NCBI GenBank assembly: GCA_963714225.1
Contig: CAVQNY010000010.1
Span: forward strand, 59,002 to 123,001
From: an uncultured Acidobacteriaceae bacterium
GTDB taxonomy: Bacteria > Acidobacteriota > Terriglobia > Terriglobales > Acidobacteriaceae
Direction of reading: 5' to 3'
DNA length: 64,000 bases
The stretch's first letter is position 1. Every line of letters begins with the position of its first letter. Below, in pieces: positions 29,977 through 40,465 of this stretch. The translations under genes and the position numbers were made by a program. The notes below the pieces were generated by a model, which searched no databases, was not told the DNA's origin, and saw only the letters and a program-made list of their open reading frames with translations.

Positions 29977-30063
29977 GCTACGCCGGGAATCTCACAGTTA
30001 ACAGGAAGCGGAACTGAAACCCCGCATCCAGTACTCGCCCGCTCCAGAACCATTACGGCGCCA

Positions 30064-30270
30064 GTTCGGTGATTTTTAGTTTTAGTGTTTGATTGATGCG
30101 GAGATCCTTAGTCACGACCTGTTTACGCCCGAGGGCCAATCGATTTCAATGCGATCTATTTTGGTTGCCTCTCCCAGTCCGAAGTAGAGGGGCAGAACGC
30201 TCTGGGCTAGATATCCCGATTTACCGTCGTTGTACTTCATAAAAGTCCGGTTTCCGGCCTTCGCCCGAAC
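30064..30270 (-). pseudogene. C-terminal ASPIC/UnbV remnant, frameshifted
   Basis: GKSGYLAQSVLPLYFGLGEATKIDRIEIDWPSG, then a stop. The family-like tail (RKQVVTKDLRINQTLKLKITELAP*) continues in another frame. No N-terminal FG-GAP region lies upstream on this strand. Confidence 0.55.
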
Positions 30271-30280
30271 GGTAGCTCCG

Positions 30281-30460
30281 ATGCGACTTGAGACGTACTG
30301 GGCCTGGGGCGTCAGCGTGGGAGACGTAAACGCCGACGGCCGGGACGATGTGTTTGTCAGCCCAGGTATGGGTTTCCCTTTCCCGATTGGATTGGACTCG
30401 AACATGACCGACGATCGGCTCGACAGGGCACCCATAATATTGACTGTTCCGGAACAATAA
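30281..30460 (+). pseudogene. Isolated FG-GAP repeat fragment on the strand opposite the adjacent UnbV remnant
   Basis: WAWGVSVGDVNADGRDDVFVS is a typical FG-GAP calcium-binding repeat. There is no credible start and no continuation. Confidence 0.4.
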
Positions 30461-30714
30461 ACACAAGACAGTTCACAGAATACCGGCCATCGGGCACGAC
30501 CTTCAGCCAATGAATCTGCTTCACCTGGCTACGGCATCAACTCGATGCTCCTGAACAATGCGCCGTGTACATCCAAAATCCACACCCTGCCGACCCTGCC
30601 GAACTCGTCCTTGACTCGCGTCCGGAAGGTGTGCTCCCATCGGAAAAATCGGTTTTCTGGCCTGGGAAACCGAAAGACGCGCAGGCTCGCATTCGGCGCA
30701 GGAAGTAAACACCA

Positions 30715-32259
30715 ATGAGTTTTCGGATGGATGGGAGCTTGGTCTGCCGATCGAGGTGCCTTCTTGCGATCGTGGTTTTGTGGCTGGTCGGCGCAGGACG
30801 ATCCCAGATGGCCCAAGGCGGCTGTAGCGGCGTTTCCAACGACCCGCAAGGGGCGGTTACATGGGTCCCGCAATGGTGCCAGGAATTTAACGCTACTACG
30901 CCAGCTTCACCCGACACCACGGTATGGGCTTTCGATCTCGGAAACGGCGGTTTTGGCAACCACGAATTGGAGACGTATTGTGGACCTCCCGGATATTCGG
31001 GGAACCCGAGTGACTGTCCCACGATTTTCTCGACGACCACGTCCAACGCCTATCTTGACGGCAACGGACACCTCGTGATTCAGGCCATACACAGTTCCGG
31101 GACCTGGTTTTCGGCTCGCATGAAGACCGAAGGCTTGGAGAATTTTCACTACGGCCGGATTGAGGCGAGCATCCAGTTACCCAACACGACCAACCAGGGT
31201 CTTTGGCCGGCCTTTTGGTCCCTCGGCAGCGATATCAACCCCACTCCCTGGCCAGGGTGCGGCGAAACGGATTTTATGGAGGTTTGGTCCCCTCAAGTGG
31301 ATGGTGGGCCGGGTCTGGGAGGGAATAGGACAACAATCCACACGGCGGCGACTGTCGGCTCGGGCCTACAACCGAATGGAGTTTACACGTTCCCGTCAGG
31401 CCAAGCCAATGATTCCGCGTTCCATTCGTATGGCATGATTTGGTCGGCCAACATGCAGCAGTTCTATATCGACAACCCGCTGCAGCCGTACTACATCACC
31501 ACGCCTAGCAACCTCTCCTCGGGAGATACATGGCCTTTTAATGCCAACATTTTCCTGATCATGAATATAGCGGTGGGAGGCACCTTGGGCGGAACACCCA
31601 GCGCGTTAACCCCCGATCCGGGAATCATGACGCTCGACTATGTTCGGCAATATCTGCCTTCCGCGGCTGTGCCCGCTCCGGTGATGGGAACTCCCCCTGC
31701 TATCACCGTGACCGCGGGAGCGACGACTGGCAACAGCAGTGTGCTTACGCCGGCGCTCACACCCAACACAGGCTTTGTCTATTTTTCCTGCGGCACCAAT
31801 GCGCCCAAAGCGATTTGTGCGATCACTACGACTGACCCACTGAATCCCTATGTCGCGAACTCTAACGCCAGCCCCGCCGAGACCGTCACGGTGGCGGTTA
31901 CGACCACGGCGAATACGAACGCATCGAGTACGACCACGGCTAGCTTGATCCCGCCTCCCTTCTTCCTCCATCCCAAAATGCGCATGTGGCTGCCCATAAC
32001 AATAGTGGGGTTTCTCGTGTCTGTGGTCGTGGCGCCCGTTACGCGCAACTTCCTTTATGCCTGCGCGCTGATGGCTGGACTGATTCTTACGGGGGCTGCG
32101 ACCTGGACCTGCGGCGGCGGCAGGAGCACTCCCAGCAATAACGGTACGCCTCCAGGCAGTTACACGGTGACTGTTTATGCGTTTAGTGAAAGCAACCGCA
32201 GCAATGGGGCGAACAGCAATGCCGACTCGAGCGTCGCCATTCCCCTCACGGTGAACTGA
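30715..32259 (+). CDS. Glycoside hydrolase family 16 (laminarinase/beta-glucanase-like) with a Thr/Ala-rich Ig-like tail and hydrophobic segments
   Basis: GNHELETY, GRIEASIQLP...GLWPAFWSLG, and the catalytic-type motif GETDFMEVW (E-x-D-x-x-E). Confidence 0.85.
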   Translation: MSFRMDGSLVCRSRCLLAIVVLWLVGAGRSQMAQGGCSGVSNDPQGAVTWVPQWCQEFNATTPASPDTTVWAFDLGNGGFGNHELETYCGPPGYSGNPSDCPTIFSTTTSNAYLDGNGHLVIQAIHSSGTWFSARMKTEGLENFHYGRIEASIQLPNTTNQGLWPAFWSLGSDINPTPWPGCGETDFMEVWSPQVDGGPGLGGNRTTIHTAATVGSGLQPNGVYTFPSGQANDSAFHSYGMIWSANMQQFYIDNPLQPYYITTPSNLSSGDTWPFNANIFLIMNIAVGGTLGGTPSALTPDPGIMTLDYVRQYLPSAAVPAPVMGTPPAITVTAGATTGNSSVLTPALTPNTGFVYFSCGTNAPKAICAITTTDPLNPYVANSNASPAETVTVAVTTTANTNASSTTTASLIPPPFFLHPKMRMWLPITIVGFLVSVVVAPVTRNFLYACALMAGLILTGAATWTCGGGRSTPSNNGTPPGSYTVTVYAFSESNRSNGANSNADSSVAIPLTVN

Positions 32260-32310
32260 CGCCTGGTAGTTCGCAATGGCACGAGATCGCCATGATAGGA
32301 TTCAGTTCGG

Positions 32311-34033
32311 ATGCGCCGGGAAGAGCTAACAACGCGCTTCATCGCTTGCGGAATCCTTATTTGTGCGTTTCTTGCCCGTGCGCAAGACAAGTCCCCCGCC
32401 TATCGCGGCCCCGTATTTGAAGACGTCGGCCGGCAAAGCGGCCTGACCGTGCCGCATCAATCCTCGCCAGACAAGCGTTACGTTATCGAATCCATGAGTG
32501 GTGGGGTCGGCCTGTTTGATTGCGACAACGACGGCAAACTGGACATCGTGACTGTGAACGGTTCGACCGTCGATCGCTATCGCGAGGGTGGCGACCCAAT
32601 GATCACCTTGTATCACCAGGAGCCGGACGGGACTTTCAAAGACATTACCAAATCGGCGGGCCTCGCTCGGCGCGGATGGGGCATGGGTGTGGCTGTGGCC
32701 GACTTCGACAATGACGGGTGGCTCGACATTTACGTGACGGGATACGGCGGCAACGTGCTGTATCGCAACCTCGGCAATTGCAAATTCGAAGATGTCACCG
32801 AAAAAGCTGGTGTCCGCGGCGGCGGATTCAGCACGGGCGCGGCCTGGGCCGACTACGACCGCGACGGCCATGTGGATCTATTTGTCTCCCGTTACGTCCA
32901 CGTCGATCTCAACGATTTGCCGGAGTTTGGCAAGGGCAAATTCTGCCGCTACAAAGGTGTGCTGGTTCAGTGTGGTCCCTGGGGCCTGCCGGGGGAGAGC
33001 GATCTCCTCTATCACAACCGCGGCGACGGCACGTTTGAGGAAGTTTCCGTGCGCGCCGGGTGTTCACGATTCGGAAGGCCGCTTCGGACTGGGCGTGGTG
33101 TGGGGTGATTACGACAACGACGGCTGGCCAGATCTACTGGTCGCCAACGATGCGGGCGCGAACTATCTCTACCACAACAATCATAACGGGACGTTTACCG
33201 ACGTGGCGCTGCTGGCCGGTGTGGCTTTGAGCGGCGACGGGCAAGAGCAGGGCAACATGGGAGTCGACTTCGGCGATTACAATCACGACGGATGGCTCGA
33301 TATCATCGACACCACGTTTGCCGATCAACCCAAGACGCTCTATCGCAACCTGGGTCACGGGATTTTTGAGGACGTAAGCCGGGCGGCGCAAATCGCTCAG
33401 GCGAGCTTTCCTGACGTAGCCTGGGGAACCGGCTTTGTGGACTTTGACAACGATGGCTGGCTGGATATTCTCATTGCCAACGGCCATGTATATCCGCAGG
33501 TGGATACCATCAGCGAAGGCGCGCGCTATAGCGAGCCAATCTTTCTACATCTTAATAAGCACGACGGGACCTTTGAAGACGCTTCCGCCGCTTCGGGACT
33601 CGCGGTTCTGCCACTGGCTTCACGCCGGGGCGTAGCGTTCGGCGACATTTGGAATGATGGCGCAATGGATGTTTTGATTTTGAACGTCGGCGAACCCCCG
33701 ACTCTCCTGCGCAATCATCTGGCCAACGGCAACCACTGGGTTGAATTCAGCTTGCAAGGCACGAAAAGCAATCGAGCGGCCATCGGCGCTCGCCTCACCA
33801 TTCACGCGGGAAAACTCGTGCAATTCAACGAGGTGCGCGGCGGCGCCAGCTATCTTTCACAAAACGATCTTCGGCTGCACTTCGGCCTGGAGGCGAACAC
33901 CAAGATCGAAAGCGTCGAAATCGCCTGGCCCAGCGGACTCGTAGAGCATCTCAGCAATCTCGCCGTGGATCAGATTTACACCATTGAAGAGGGAAAAGGG
34001 ATCCGCCCGCAGAAGAATCCCGCCATTCCATGA
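32311..34033 (+). pseudogene. ASPIC/UnbV FG-GAP protein (CRTAC1 family) interrupted by a +1 frameshift at the GGG run 33058-33060
   Basis: ORF 32311-33108 and ORF 32792-34033 join as ...FEEVSVRAG|VHDSEGRFGLGVVWGDYDNDG. This parallels ...[30 protein letters not shown] in the intact paralog at 17918-19711. Removing one G restores the frame. Confidence 0.85.
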
Positions 34034-35904
34034 AACGTCGCTCCGGGCTGTTCTTGTCTTCTGGATGGCACAACGTTCCGGGTGGCGGGACACGGGGGCG
34101 CGGGATACGGAGTCGCGCGATATGGATGGTTGGGCTCGCGGCAATCTGTCTGGTTTGCGCGGGTCTGCGGATCGCGGAAGCGCGCCAGACCGGACAAGCG
34201 GTGGCTCAGGCGACGCCATCGGAGCAGTACTTGAACACGCGGCTGGGGGCGGAATATGTCGGCGACGAAGCTTGCCGAAAGTGCCATTCCTCGGTATATG
34301 AAACGTTCAAGCAGACAGGAATGGGACGATCCGTTTCAATTCCCTCTGCCGAAGATCTGCGCGAACTGGCGAAGCCAGTCAGGATCATCAACCAGAAGCT
34401 GAATCGGACCTATTCGATGTATTCCCGCGATGGCAAAATCATCCACGAGGAATCCGAGAAGGACGCCAAAGGCCGCATCGTTTTTTCTGACACCCATGAA
34501 ATTTCCTACACCGTGGGCGCCGGTGATGTAGGAAAGAGCTATCTCGTGGTTAAAGGAGACGGGTTGTTCGTCTCGCCCATCTCGTACTACGAACGCATTC
34601 GGGGTTGGGATTTATCGCCTGGCTACGGCGAAGGCATATTCCGCGGTTTTACGCGTCGCGTGGTGGACTTGTGCGTGGACTGTCATACGGGGATGCCGGA
34701 GCTGGTTGCAGGCAGTCACAACCGTTTCCAGCAGCCTCCTTTTCGCGTTTTGACGGTCGGGTGCGAGCGCTGTCATGGGCCGGGCGCCATTCATGCGCAA
34801 CAGCGGAACCAGGACGCCATGTTCGGAGGATCCTTCGAAGGACCAATCGACTTTTCCATCGTAAATCCCCGGAAGTTACGGCCCGAAATTCGAGACGACG
34901 TCTGTGCGCAGTGCCACTTGGCGGGAGATGCCCGGGTGCTTCAGCCCGGCAAGAATTATCTTGACTTCCGACCGGGAACTCCGCTGGGTGATGTGGTGGG
35001 CATATTTTCGGTTCCCCAGACGATCAAAGGGAATCATTTTGTGGCGCTCGATCAGTTTGAGCAAGTAAAGATGAGTCGTTGTTGGGTGGCCAGCGCTGGC
35101 CGGATGGGTTGTATCTCATGCCACGATCCTCACGTTCAACTCCACGGCGATCAGGCGGCCGAGTTTTTCCGCAACCGGTGTCTGAGCTGCCACTCCACCG
35201 GCAGTTGCCGCGAACCGCTAGCACATCGACAAGCCACCTCGCCGTCCGACAATTGCATTTCATGCCATATGCCGAAGCAGCCGAGCGAAAACATCGGCCA
35301 CTCGTCAATCACAGACCACCGTATTTTGCGGACTTCGTCTGAAATTCCAGCGGTCCTGCAAGGTAGTGCGTCCCCGTCTCCCATGGATTTGCTCTACGAC
35401 ACAAAACCTTCCGGCTCAGGCGAAACACAGTCGAATCTGCGAAACCTGGCGCTGGCTTATGCGCAGGTTGCCGTGCGCTATCCGGAACTAGGCGAGAAGG
35501 GTCTTGCACTCCTGGAGCAGGCCGCTGCCGCACTCCCGGGTGACGCTGAGATCCAGGCGGCTTACGGCTCCGTTCTGCGCGTCGCGCGCCCCAGGGACGA
35601 ACCGCGTGCCGCCCAGGCCTTCGAAAAGGCCATCGATGCCGGCTCTAAATCCGCCGAAGTGCGAACCCAGCTCGCCCGCTTGCGCCTGCAACAGGGGCAG
35701 GTAACCGCCGCCATGGAGCTGTACAAGGAATCGATCCAGATGGATCCGTACTTCACTCCGGCATACTTGGATCTGGCGCAGGTTTACTCGATGTTGAAAG
35801 ATCGGAAAAGCGCTTTGGAAATCCTAGACGCCGTTTTGAAAATAGACCCGGGAAACGATGCCGCTCGTCAGGAGCGGATCAAAGCTGAGGCTCTGCCCAA
35901 CTAG
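34030..35904 (+). CDS. Heptaheme c-type cytochrome fused to a C-terminal TPR domain
   Basis: Seven CXXCH motifs (CRKCH, CVDCH, CERCH, CAQCH, CISCH, CLSCH, CISCH), collinear with the 28816-29976 protein. About 190 C-terminal residues form TPR units. ATGA overlap with the upstream gene. Confidence 0.85.
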   Translation: MKRRSGLFLSSGWHNVPGGGTRGRGIRSRAIWMVGLAAICLVCAGLRIAEARQTGQAVAQATPSEQYLNTRLGAEYVGDEACRKCHSSVYETFKQTGMGRSVSIPSAEDLRELAKPVRIINQKLNRTYSMYSRDGKIIHEESEKDAKGRIVFSDTHEISYTVGAGDVGKSYLVVKGDGLFVSPISYYERIRGWDLSPGYGEGIFRGFTRRVVDLCVDCHTGMPELVAGSHNRFQQPPFRVLTVGCERCHGPGAIHAQQRNQDAMFGGSFEGPIDFSIVNPRKLRPEIRDDVCAQCHLAGDARVLQPGKNYLDFRPGTPLGDVVGIFSVPQTIKGNHFVALDQFEQVKMSRCWVASAGRMGCISCHDPHVQLHGDQAAEFFRNRCLSCHSTGSCREPLAHRQATSPSDNCISCHMPKQPSENIGHSSITDHRILRTSSEIPAVLQGSASPSPMDLLYDTKPSGSGETQSNLRNLALAYAQVAVRYPELGEKGLALLEQAAAALPGDAEIQAAYGSVLRVARPRDEPRAAQAFEKAIDAGSKSAEVRTQLARLRLQQGQVTAAMELYKESIQMDPYFTPAYLDLAQVYSMLKDRKSALEILDAVLKIDPGNDAARQERIKAEALPN

Positions 35905-35921
35905 AATAAAAGGAGGGGGCG

Positions 35922-36330
35922 ATGTGCCGAATCCAAATATCTCAGCCTTGGCGTTTCCCGCTTTTGGTTTTGCTGTCTTTCTCCCTGGGTTGTGGAGGCG
36001 GAAGCATGAATTCCTCCGTTCGCCGACACGGACACAGACAGCGTGGAACTGGAAATATTGCCGGTGGTGAATCACCTGAACAATGGCGACGACAGCGTGG
36101 TGGTGATGGTCGCCAATCATGCAGTCAATTCGCCGAATGACAACAACGGCCCCGGCGCACCGCGCCCCATCAGTATCGACCTTTCCGCGTTGGGCACTTT
36201 CACGTCGGGCAGCCTGCTGACGATCGATGCCAACACCAGCGTGACCTCAGGGCCCGCCGCTTCCTCCATCACGCCGAGTCCACAGATGACGGTTCACAAC
36301 AGAACATCCTTCGCACGTCATCGGAAGTGA
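35922..36330 (+). pseudogene. Small lipoprotein with a beta-sandwich-like domain, frameshifted near 36015
   Basis: AAGGAGGGGG RBS and a lipobox signal (LLVLLSFSLGCGGGS) are in one frame. The plausible mature part (ADTDTDSVELEILPVVNHLNNGDDSVVVMVANH...ISIDLSALGTFTSGSLLTIDANTSVTSGP) is in the +1 frame. It loosely resembles C-terminal sandwich domains of glycoside hydrolases. Confidence 0.4.
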
Positions 36331-36461
36331 CGTGTTCGGCCTGTTCCGATTGGGGTTGAGACCTACGGGCGCGAGCGACGCGTGTATGCTGGTGGTCAGA
36401 CCGAAGCGACGCTCCTCTATCGCCATTTGCCGATGCGAAGCGACAAGGTAGTGCCGGAATC

Positions 36462-37853
36462 ATGCTGATCCATCCAGATCGTCTTTTTCCTGCCGAGCCC
36501 AGTACTCGAAAGATCGCCAGCACGCTCTTTGAGCAGGTGCGAAGCTTGCCCATTGTTAGTCCGCATGGGCATACCAATGCGGCATGGTTTGCGAGAAACG
36601 AACCCTTCCCCGATCCGGCACAACTCTTTGTGCAGCCCGACCACTACATTTTCCGAATGCTCTACAGCCAGGGAATCTCGCTTGAGGAACTGGAGATGGG
36701 ACGGCCGGAGCCGAAGAATCCACGGAATGTCTGGCGCATCTTCGCCAGTCATTACTATCTGTTCCGCGGAACGCCGACCCGCATGTGGCTGGACTTTGCC
36801 TTTCAGGAGCTTTTCGGACTGGAGCAGCGACTCGCGGAAGAGACCGCCGATCTTTACTTCGACACGATCTCGGAAAAATTACGCACGCCGGCGTTCCTCC
36901 CGCGCGCGCTGTACGAGCGTTTCCATTTGGAAGTGCTGGCGACCACCGATTCTCCGCTCGATTCGCTGGCCGCTCACAAGACCATCGGCGAATCGAATTG
37001 GAAGGCGAGGATCCTGCCCACCTTTAGGCCCGACCCGGTTGTCGATCCTGAGTTTGCGGGATTTGCCGAAAATATTTCGAAGCTCGGCGGCAATACTGGC
37101 GAAGACACCTCGACGTGGGCGGGCTACCTGAACGCGCTCCGAGTGACGCGCGTTCGCTTTCGCAAACTCGGCTGCACGGCAACCGACCACGGGCATCCCA
37201 CGGTGCGAACCGCGAATCTTTCCGCAGTGGAGGCTGCTCGACTGTTTCGTCGGGTGATCGCGGGCACTGCCGATGGCTTGCAGCAGGAACTTTTCCGCGC
37301 CCAAATGCTGACCGAAATGGCGCGGATGAGCCTCGACGACGGGCTGGTCATGCAGATTCACCCGGGAAGCGCGCGCAACCACAATCGCAAGCTCTATGAG
37401 CAATATGGCCGCGACGTGGGTGCTGACATCCCGATGCCGACAAATTATGTGGACGCGCTTCGCCCTTTGCTCGATCAGTTTGGCAACGAGCGCGATCTGA
37501 CAATCATTCTTTTCACGCTGGATGAGTCTGCCTACAGCCGGGAATTGGCTCCCCTGGCCGGGCACTACCCGTGCTTGAGGCTGGGGCCACCGTGGTGGTT
37601 TCACGACAGTCCGGAGGGAATGATGCGTTTCCGCGAGCGCGTTACCGAGACGGCGGGTTTTTATAATACCGCCGGTTTCAACGACGATACCCGAGCCTTC
37701 CTTTCGATCCCGGCTCGGCACGATGTAGCGCGGCGCATGGATTGCGCCTTCCTGGCAAAGTTGGTCGCCGAGCATCGGCTGGAGGAAGAAGAAGCTTTGG
37801 CAGTGGCGCAGGATCTCACCTATCGGTTGGTAAAGAAGGCATATCGACTGTAG
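36462..37853 (+). CDS. uxaC: Glucuronate (uronate) isomerase
   Basis: 463 aa. LPIVSPHGHTNAAWFARNEPFPDPAQLFVQPDHYIFRMLYSQGI... is a characteristic UxaC N-terminus. Confidence 0.92.
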   Translation: MLIHPDRLFPAEPSTRKIASTLFEQVRSLPIVSPHGHTNAAWFARNEPFPDPAQLFVQPDHYIFRMLYSQGISLEELEMGRPEPKNPRNVWRIFASHYYLFRGTPTRMWLDFAFQELFGLEQRLAEETADLYFDTISEKLRTPAFLPRALYERFHLEVLATTDSPLDSLAAHKTIGESNWKARILPTFRPDPVVDPEFAGFAENISKLGGNTGEDTSTWAGYLNALRVTRVRFRKLGCTATDHGHPTVRTANLSAVEAARLFRRVIAGTADGLQQELFRAQMLTEMARMSLDDGLVMQIHPGSARNHNRKLYEQYGRDVGADIPMPTNYVDALRPLLDQFGNERDLTIILFTLDESAYSRELAPLAGHYPCLRLGPPWWFHDSPEGMMRFRERVTETAGFYNTAGFNDDTRAFLSIPARHDVARRMDCAFLAKLVAEHRLEEEEALAVAQDLTYRLVKKAYRL

Positions 37854-37862
37854 GATCGCGGC

Positions 37863-39188
37863 ATGGCGGACCCGACGGTTTTCGACAGCCAGACGAAAAG
37901 CGGCTCATCGCACGGGCCGTCTCCGGGCACCGGGCTGGGGCGCGTGCGCTGGACGGTGTGCGCCATGCTGTTCGTCGCCACCTCCATCAATTACATGGAC
38001 CGCCAGGTCATCGCGATCCTCAAGCCCACCCTCGAGCACAGCATCGGCATGACGGAGGTAAGTTACGGCTACATAGTGGACGCATTCCAGATCGCCTACG
38101 CGATTGGCCTGCTGGCCGCCGGCCGGTTGATCGACAAGCTGGGCACGCGCATCGGGTATATGTTGGTGATGGCAGTGTGGAGCGTCTCCGCGATGGGCCA
38201 CGCGCTGGCCAGCACGGTGCTCGAGTTCGGGTTCGCGCGCTTCTTCCTGGGGCTCGGTGAATCGGGCAACTTTCCCGCCGCGATCAAGACCGTGGCCGAG
38301 TGGTTTCCGCAGAACGAACGCTCGCTGGCCACGGGCATCTTCAACTCTGGAGCAAATGTTGGAGCTGTCCTGGCCCCGGCCATCGTGCCATGGGTAACTC
38401 TGCGTTGGGGCTGGCACGTGGCCTTTCTGACTACCGGTCTGTTCAGTATGCTCTGGATTCTGTGGTGGTTTCGCTATTACCGCAGGCCCGCCGATCACTC
38501 CACGCTGACCGGCAAAGAACTGCGCCATATTGATCAGGAGGCGGGCGTGGAACCGGGCCCGTCTCCGTCCATGCCGTGGCGCCGACTATTGAGATGTCGC
38601 CAGACTTGGGCCTTTTCTGCCGCTAAGTTCCTCACCGATCCGATCTGGTATTTCTATTTGTTCTGGCTGCCGTCGTACTTCAGCGCGAAATTCAATCTGA
38701 ACCTTTCCCATCTCGGGCTACCGCTCATTATCGTTTATAACGTGTCGGCGATTGGCAGCATCGGCGGAGGCTGGCTGCCCGCGCCCTTTCATCGTCTCGG
38801 ACTGTCGCACAACTTCGCCCGGCTAGCAGCCATGCTCCTCTGCGGATTTCTGGTCGTTCCCATCTACACGGCCAGCAGTGTCCAGTCGGTGTGGACCGCC
38901 ATTGCGCTGATCAGCGTGGCTGCGGGCGCACATCAGGGATGGTCGGCTAACCTCTTCACAACGTCATCAGATATGTTTCCGCGCAACGCCGTGGGCTCGG
39001 TGGTCGGTATCGGGAGCATGGCGGGATCCGTGGGCAGCGCGCTTTTCGCCCTTTACGCCGGCCACATCCTGCAACTGACGCATAGCTATACGAGCCTGTT
39101 CGCCATTGCGGCCAGCGCTTATCTGTTGGCTCTGATCGTTCTGTATCTGCTCGCTCCGGAGCTAAAGAAGGTGGAATTCGCCGCATGA
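37863..39188 (+). CDS. exuT: MFS transporter, hexuronate transporter ExuT-like
   Basis: 12-TM MFS protein. It aligns by eye with E. coli ExuT (RW...INYMDRQ..., GTRIGY, AEWFPQNERS, WHVAF). Confidence 0.82.
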   Translation: MADPTVFDSQTKSGSSHGPSPGTGLGRVRWTVCAMLFVATSINYMDRQVIAILKPTLEHSIGMTEVSYGYIVDAFQIAYAIGLLAAGRLIDKLGTRIGYMLVMAVWSVSAMGHALASTVLEFGFARFFLGLGESGNFPAAIKTVAEWFPQNERSLATGIFNSGANVGAVLAPAIVPWVTLRWGWHVAFLTTGLFSMLWILWWFRYYRRPADHSTLTGKELRHIDQEAGVEPGPSPSMPWRRLLRCRQTWAFSAAKFLTDPIWYFYLFWLPSYFSAKFNLNLSHLGLPLIIVYNVSAIGSIGGGWLPAPFHRLGLSHNFARLAAMLLCGFLVVPIYTASSVQSVWTAIALISVAAGAHQGWSANLFTTSSDMFPRNAVGSVVGIGSMAGSVGSALFALYAGHILQLTHSYTSLFAIAASAYLLALIVLYLLAPELKKVEFAA

Positions 39189-40465
39189 GCCTCTATTGCG
39201 ATACGGGCACTATCGAAAGCGATCTGTCGGCGCAACTCGAAGACCTGCTTGCGGAGAGCCTGGCCAAGCTCGGAAAACGAAACCGCGTCCTGGTTGTACC
39301 GCCCGACCAGAGCCGCATACATTCCCGCGCCGGCGACCTGACGCACTATGCGTGGCAGTACTACGGCGACCGGCTGCAAGCGGTGCTGCCCGCTCTGGGC
39401 ACGCACGCTGCCATGCAACCGGAACAGATCTCGCGAATGTTCGGGGCCATGCCGCAGGAGCTTTTCCGCGTGCACAACTGGCGAACCGACGTGGAGACTC
39501 TCGGCGAGGTTCCGGCGGAGTTCATCCACCAGCAATCGGAAGGCAAGCTGAACTATCCCTGGCCGGCACAGGTGAACCGGCTCATTGTGCGTGGCGGCTA
39601 TGAATTGATTCTCTCCATCGGCCAGGTCGTGCCCCATGAAGTGATCGGCATGGCGAATTACAACAAGAACATTCTGGTGGGCACGGGAGGCCGCGAGAGC
39701 ATAAACCGCAGCCATTACCTGGGCGCGGTTTACGGGATGGAGCGCATCATGGGCCGCGCTGAGAATCCCGTGCGCAACGTCCTTAATTACGCCTCCGATC
39801 GTTTCCTGCGACAACTGCCCATTGTCTACGTGCTTACCGTAATCGGCCGCGCTGCTAACGGCCAACTTGCAGTGCGCGGCCTTTTCATGGGCGACGACGC
39901 CGACTGCTTTGAGCGCGCCGCCGCGCTGAGCTTGAAAGTGAACTTCGAGACGCTCGACGCGCCCATCCGCAAGGCTGTCGTCTATCTCGATCCGCATGAG
40001 TTTCACAGCACATGGCTGGGCAACAAGGCGATTTATCGAACGCGCATGGCGCTGGCCGACGGCGCCGAACTGATCATCCTCGCGCCTGGAGTAAGAACAT
40101 TCGGCGAAGACCCGGCAATCGATGCTCTCATCCGCAAGTACGGCTATCGCGGAACTCCCGCGACCCTCGAAGCGGTGAATGCCAATATGGATCTCGCCGG
40201 CGACTTGAGCGCGGCTGCGCACCTCATACACGGTTCTTCGGAAGGCCGCTTCACCATCCGGTGGTGCCCCGGACATCTCCGCAAAGAAGAGGTTGAAGGG
40301 GTGGGTTTTGCGTTCGGCGATTTGAAGAGCATGCTGATGCGCTACCGCCCGCAGACGCTTGGTCATGGCTACAACCGCGTAGAGGGCGAAGAGGTCTTCT
40401 TTATTCCAACTCCAGGGCTAGGGTTGTGGGCGTATAGCGGTAAGTTGCTGGGGCGCGACCGATGA
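39185..40465 (+). CDS. LarA-superfamily (DUF2088 / lactate racemase N-terminal domain) protein, a candidate 2-hydroxyacid epimerase
   Basis: RVLVVPPDQSRIHSRAG...LPALGTHAAMQPEQISRMFG and GQVVPHEVIGMANYNKNILVGTGGRESINRSH follow the LarA_N pattern (D.TR..., A.GTHR.M..E, pH...G..GG.K). ATGA overlaps with both neighbours. Confidence 0.72.
   Translation: MSLYCDTGTIESDLSAQLEDLLAESLAKLGKRNRVLVVPPDQSRIHSRAGDLTHYAWQYYGDRLQAVLPALGTHAAMQPEQISRMFGAMPQELFRVHNWRTDVETLGEVPAEFIHQQSEGKLNYPWPAQVNRLIVRGGYELILSIGQVVPHEVIGMANYNKNILVGTGGRESINRSHYLGAVYGMERIMGRAENPVRNVLNYASDRFLRQLPIVYVLTVIGRAANGQLAVRGLFMGDDADCFERAAALSLKVNFETLDAPIRKAVVYLDPHEFHSTWLGNKAIYRTRMALADGAELIILAPGVRTFGEDPAIDALIRKYGYRGTPATLEAVNANMDLAGDLSAAAHLIHGSSEGRFTIRWCPGHLRKEEVEGVGFAFGDLKSMLMRYRPQTLGHGYNRVEGEEVFFIPTPGLGLWAYSGKLLGRDR

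Noticed and set aside
39119-40366. 415-aa ORF on the minus strand. Similar long ORFs occur at 47873-49186(-), 19702-20997(+), 21456-22598(+), 3919-4875(+), 57652-58899(-), 50891-51778(-) and 14447-15322(+).
   Set aside because: Each lies antisense to, or out of frame within, a gene with clear family motifs. Their products are Arg/Gly/Ala/Pro-rich with no recognisable domains. These are typical shadow ORFs of high-GC DNA.
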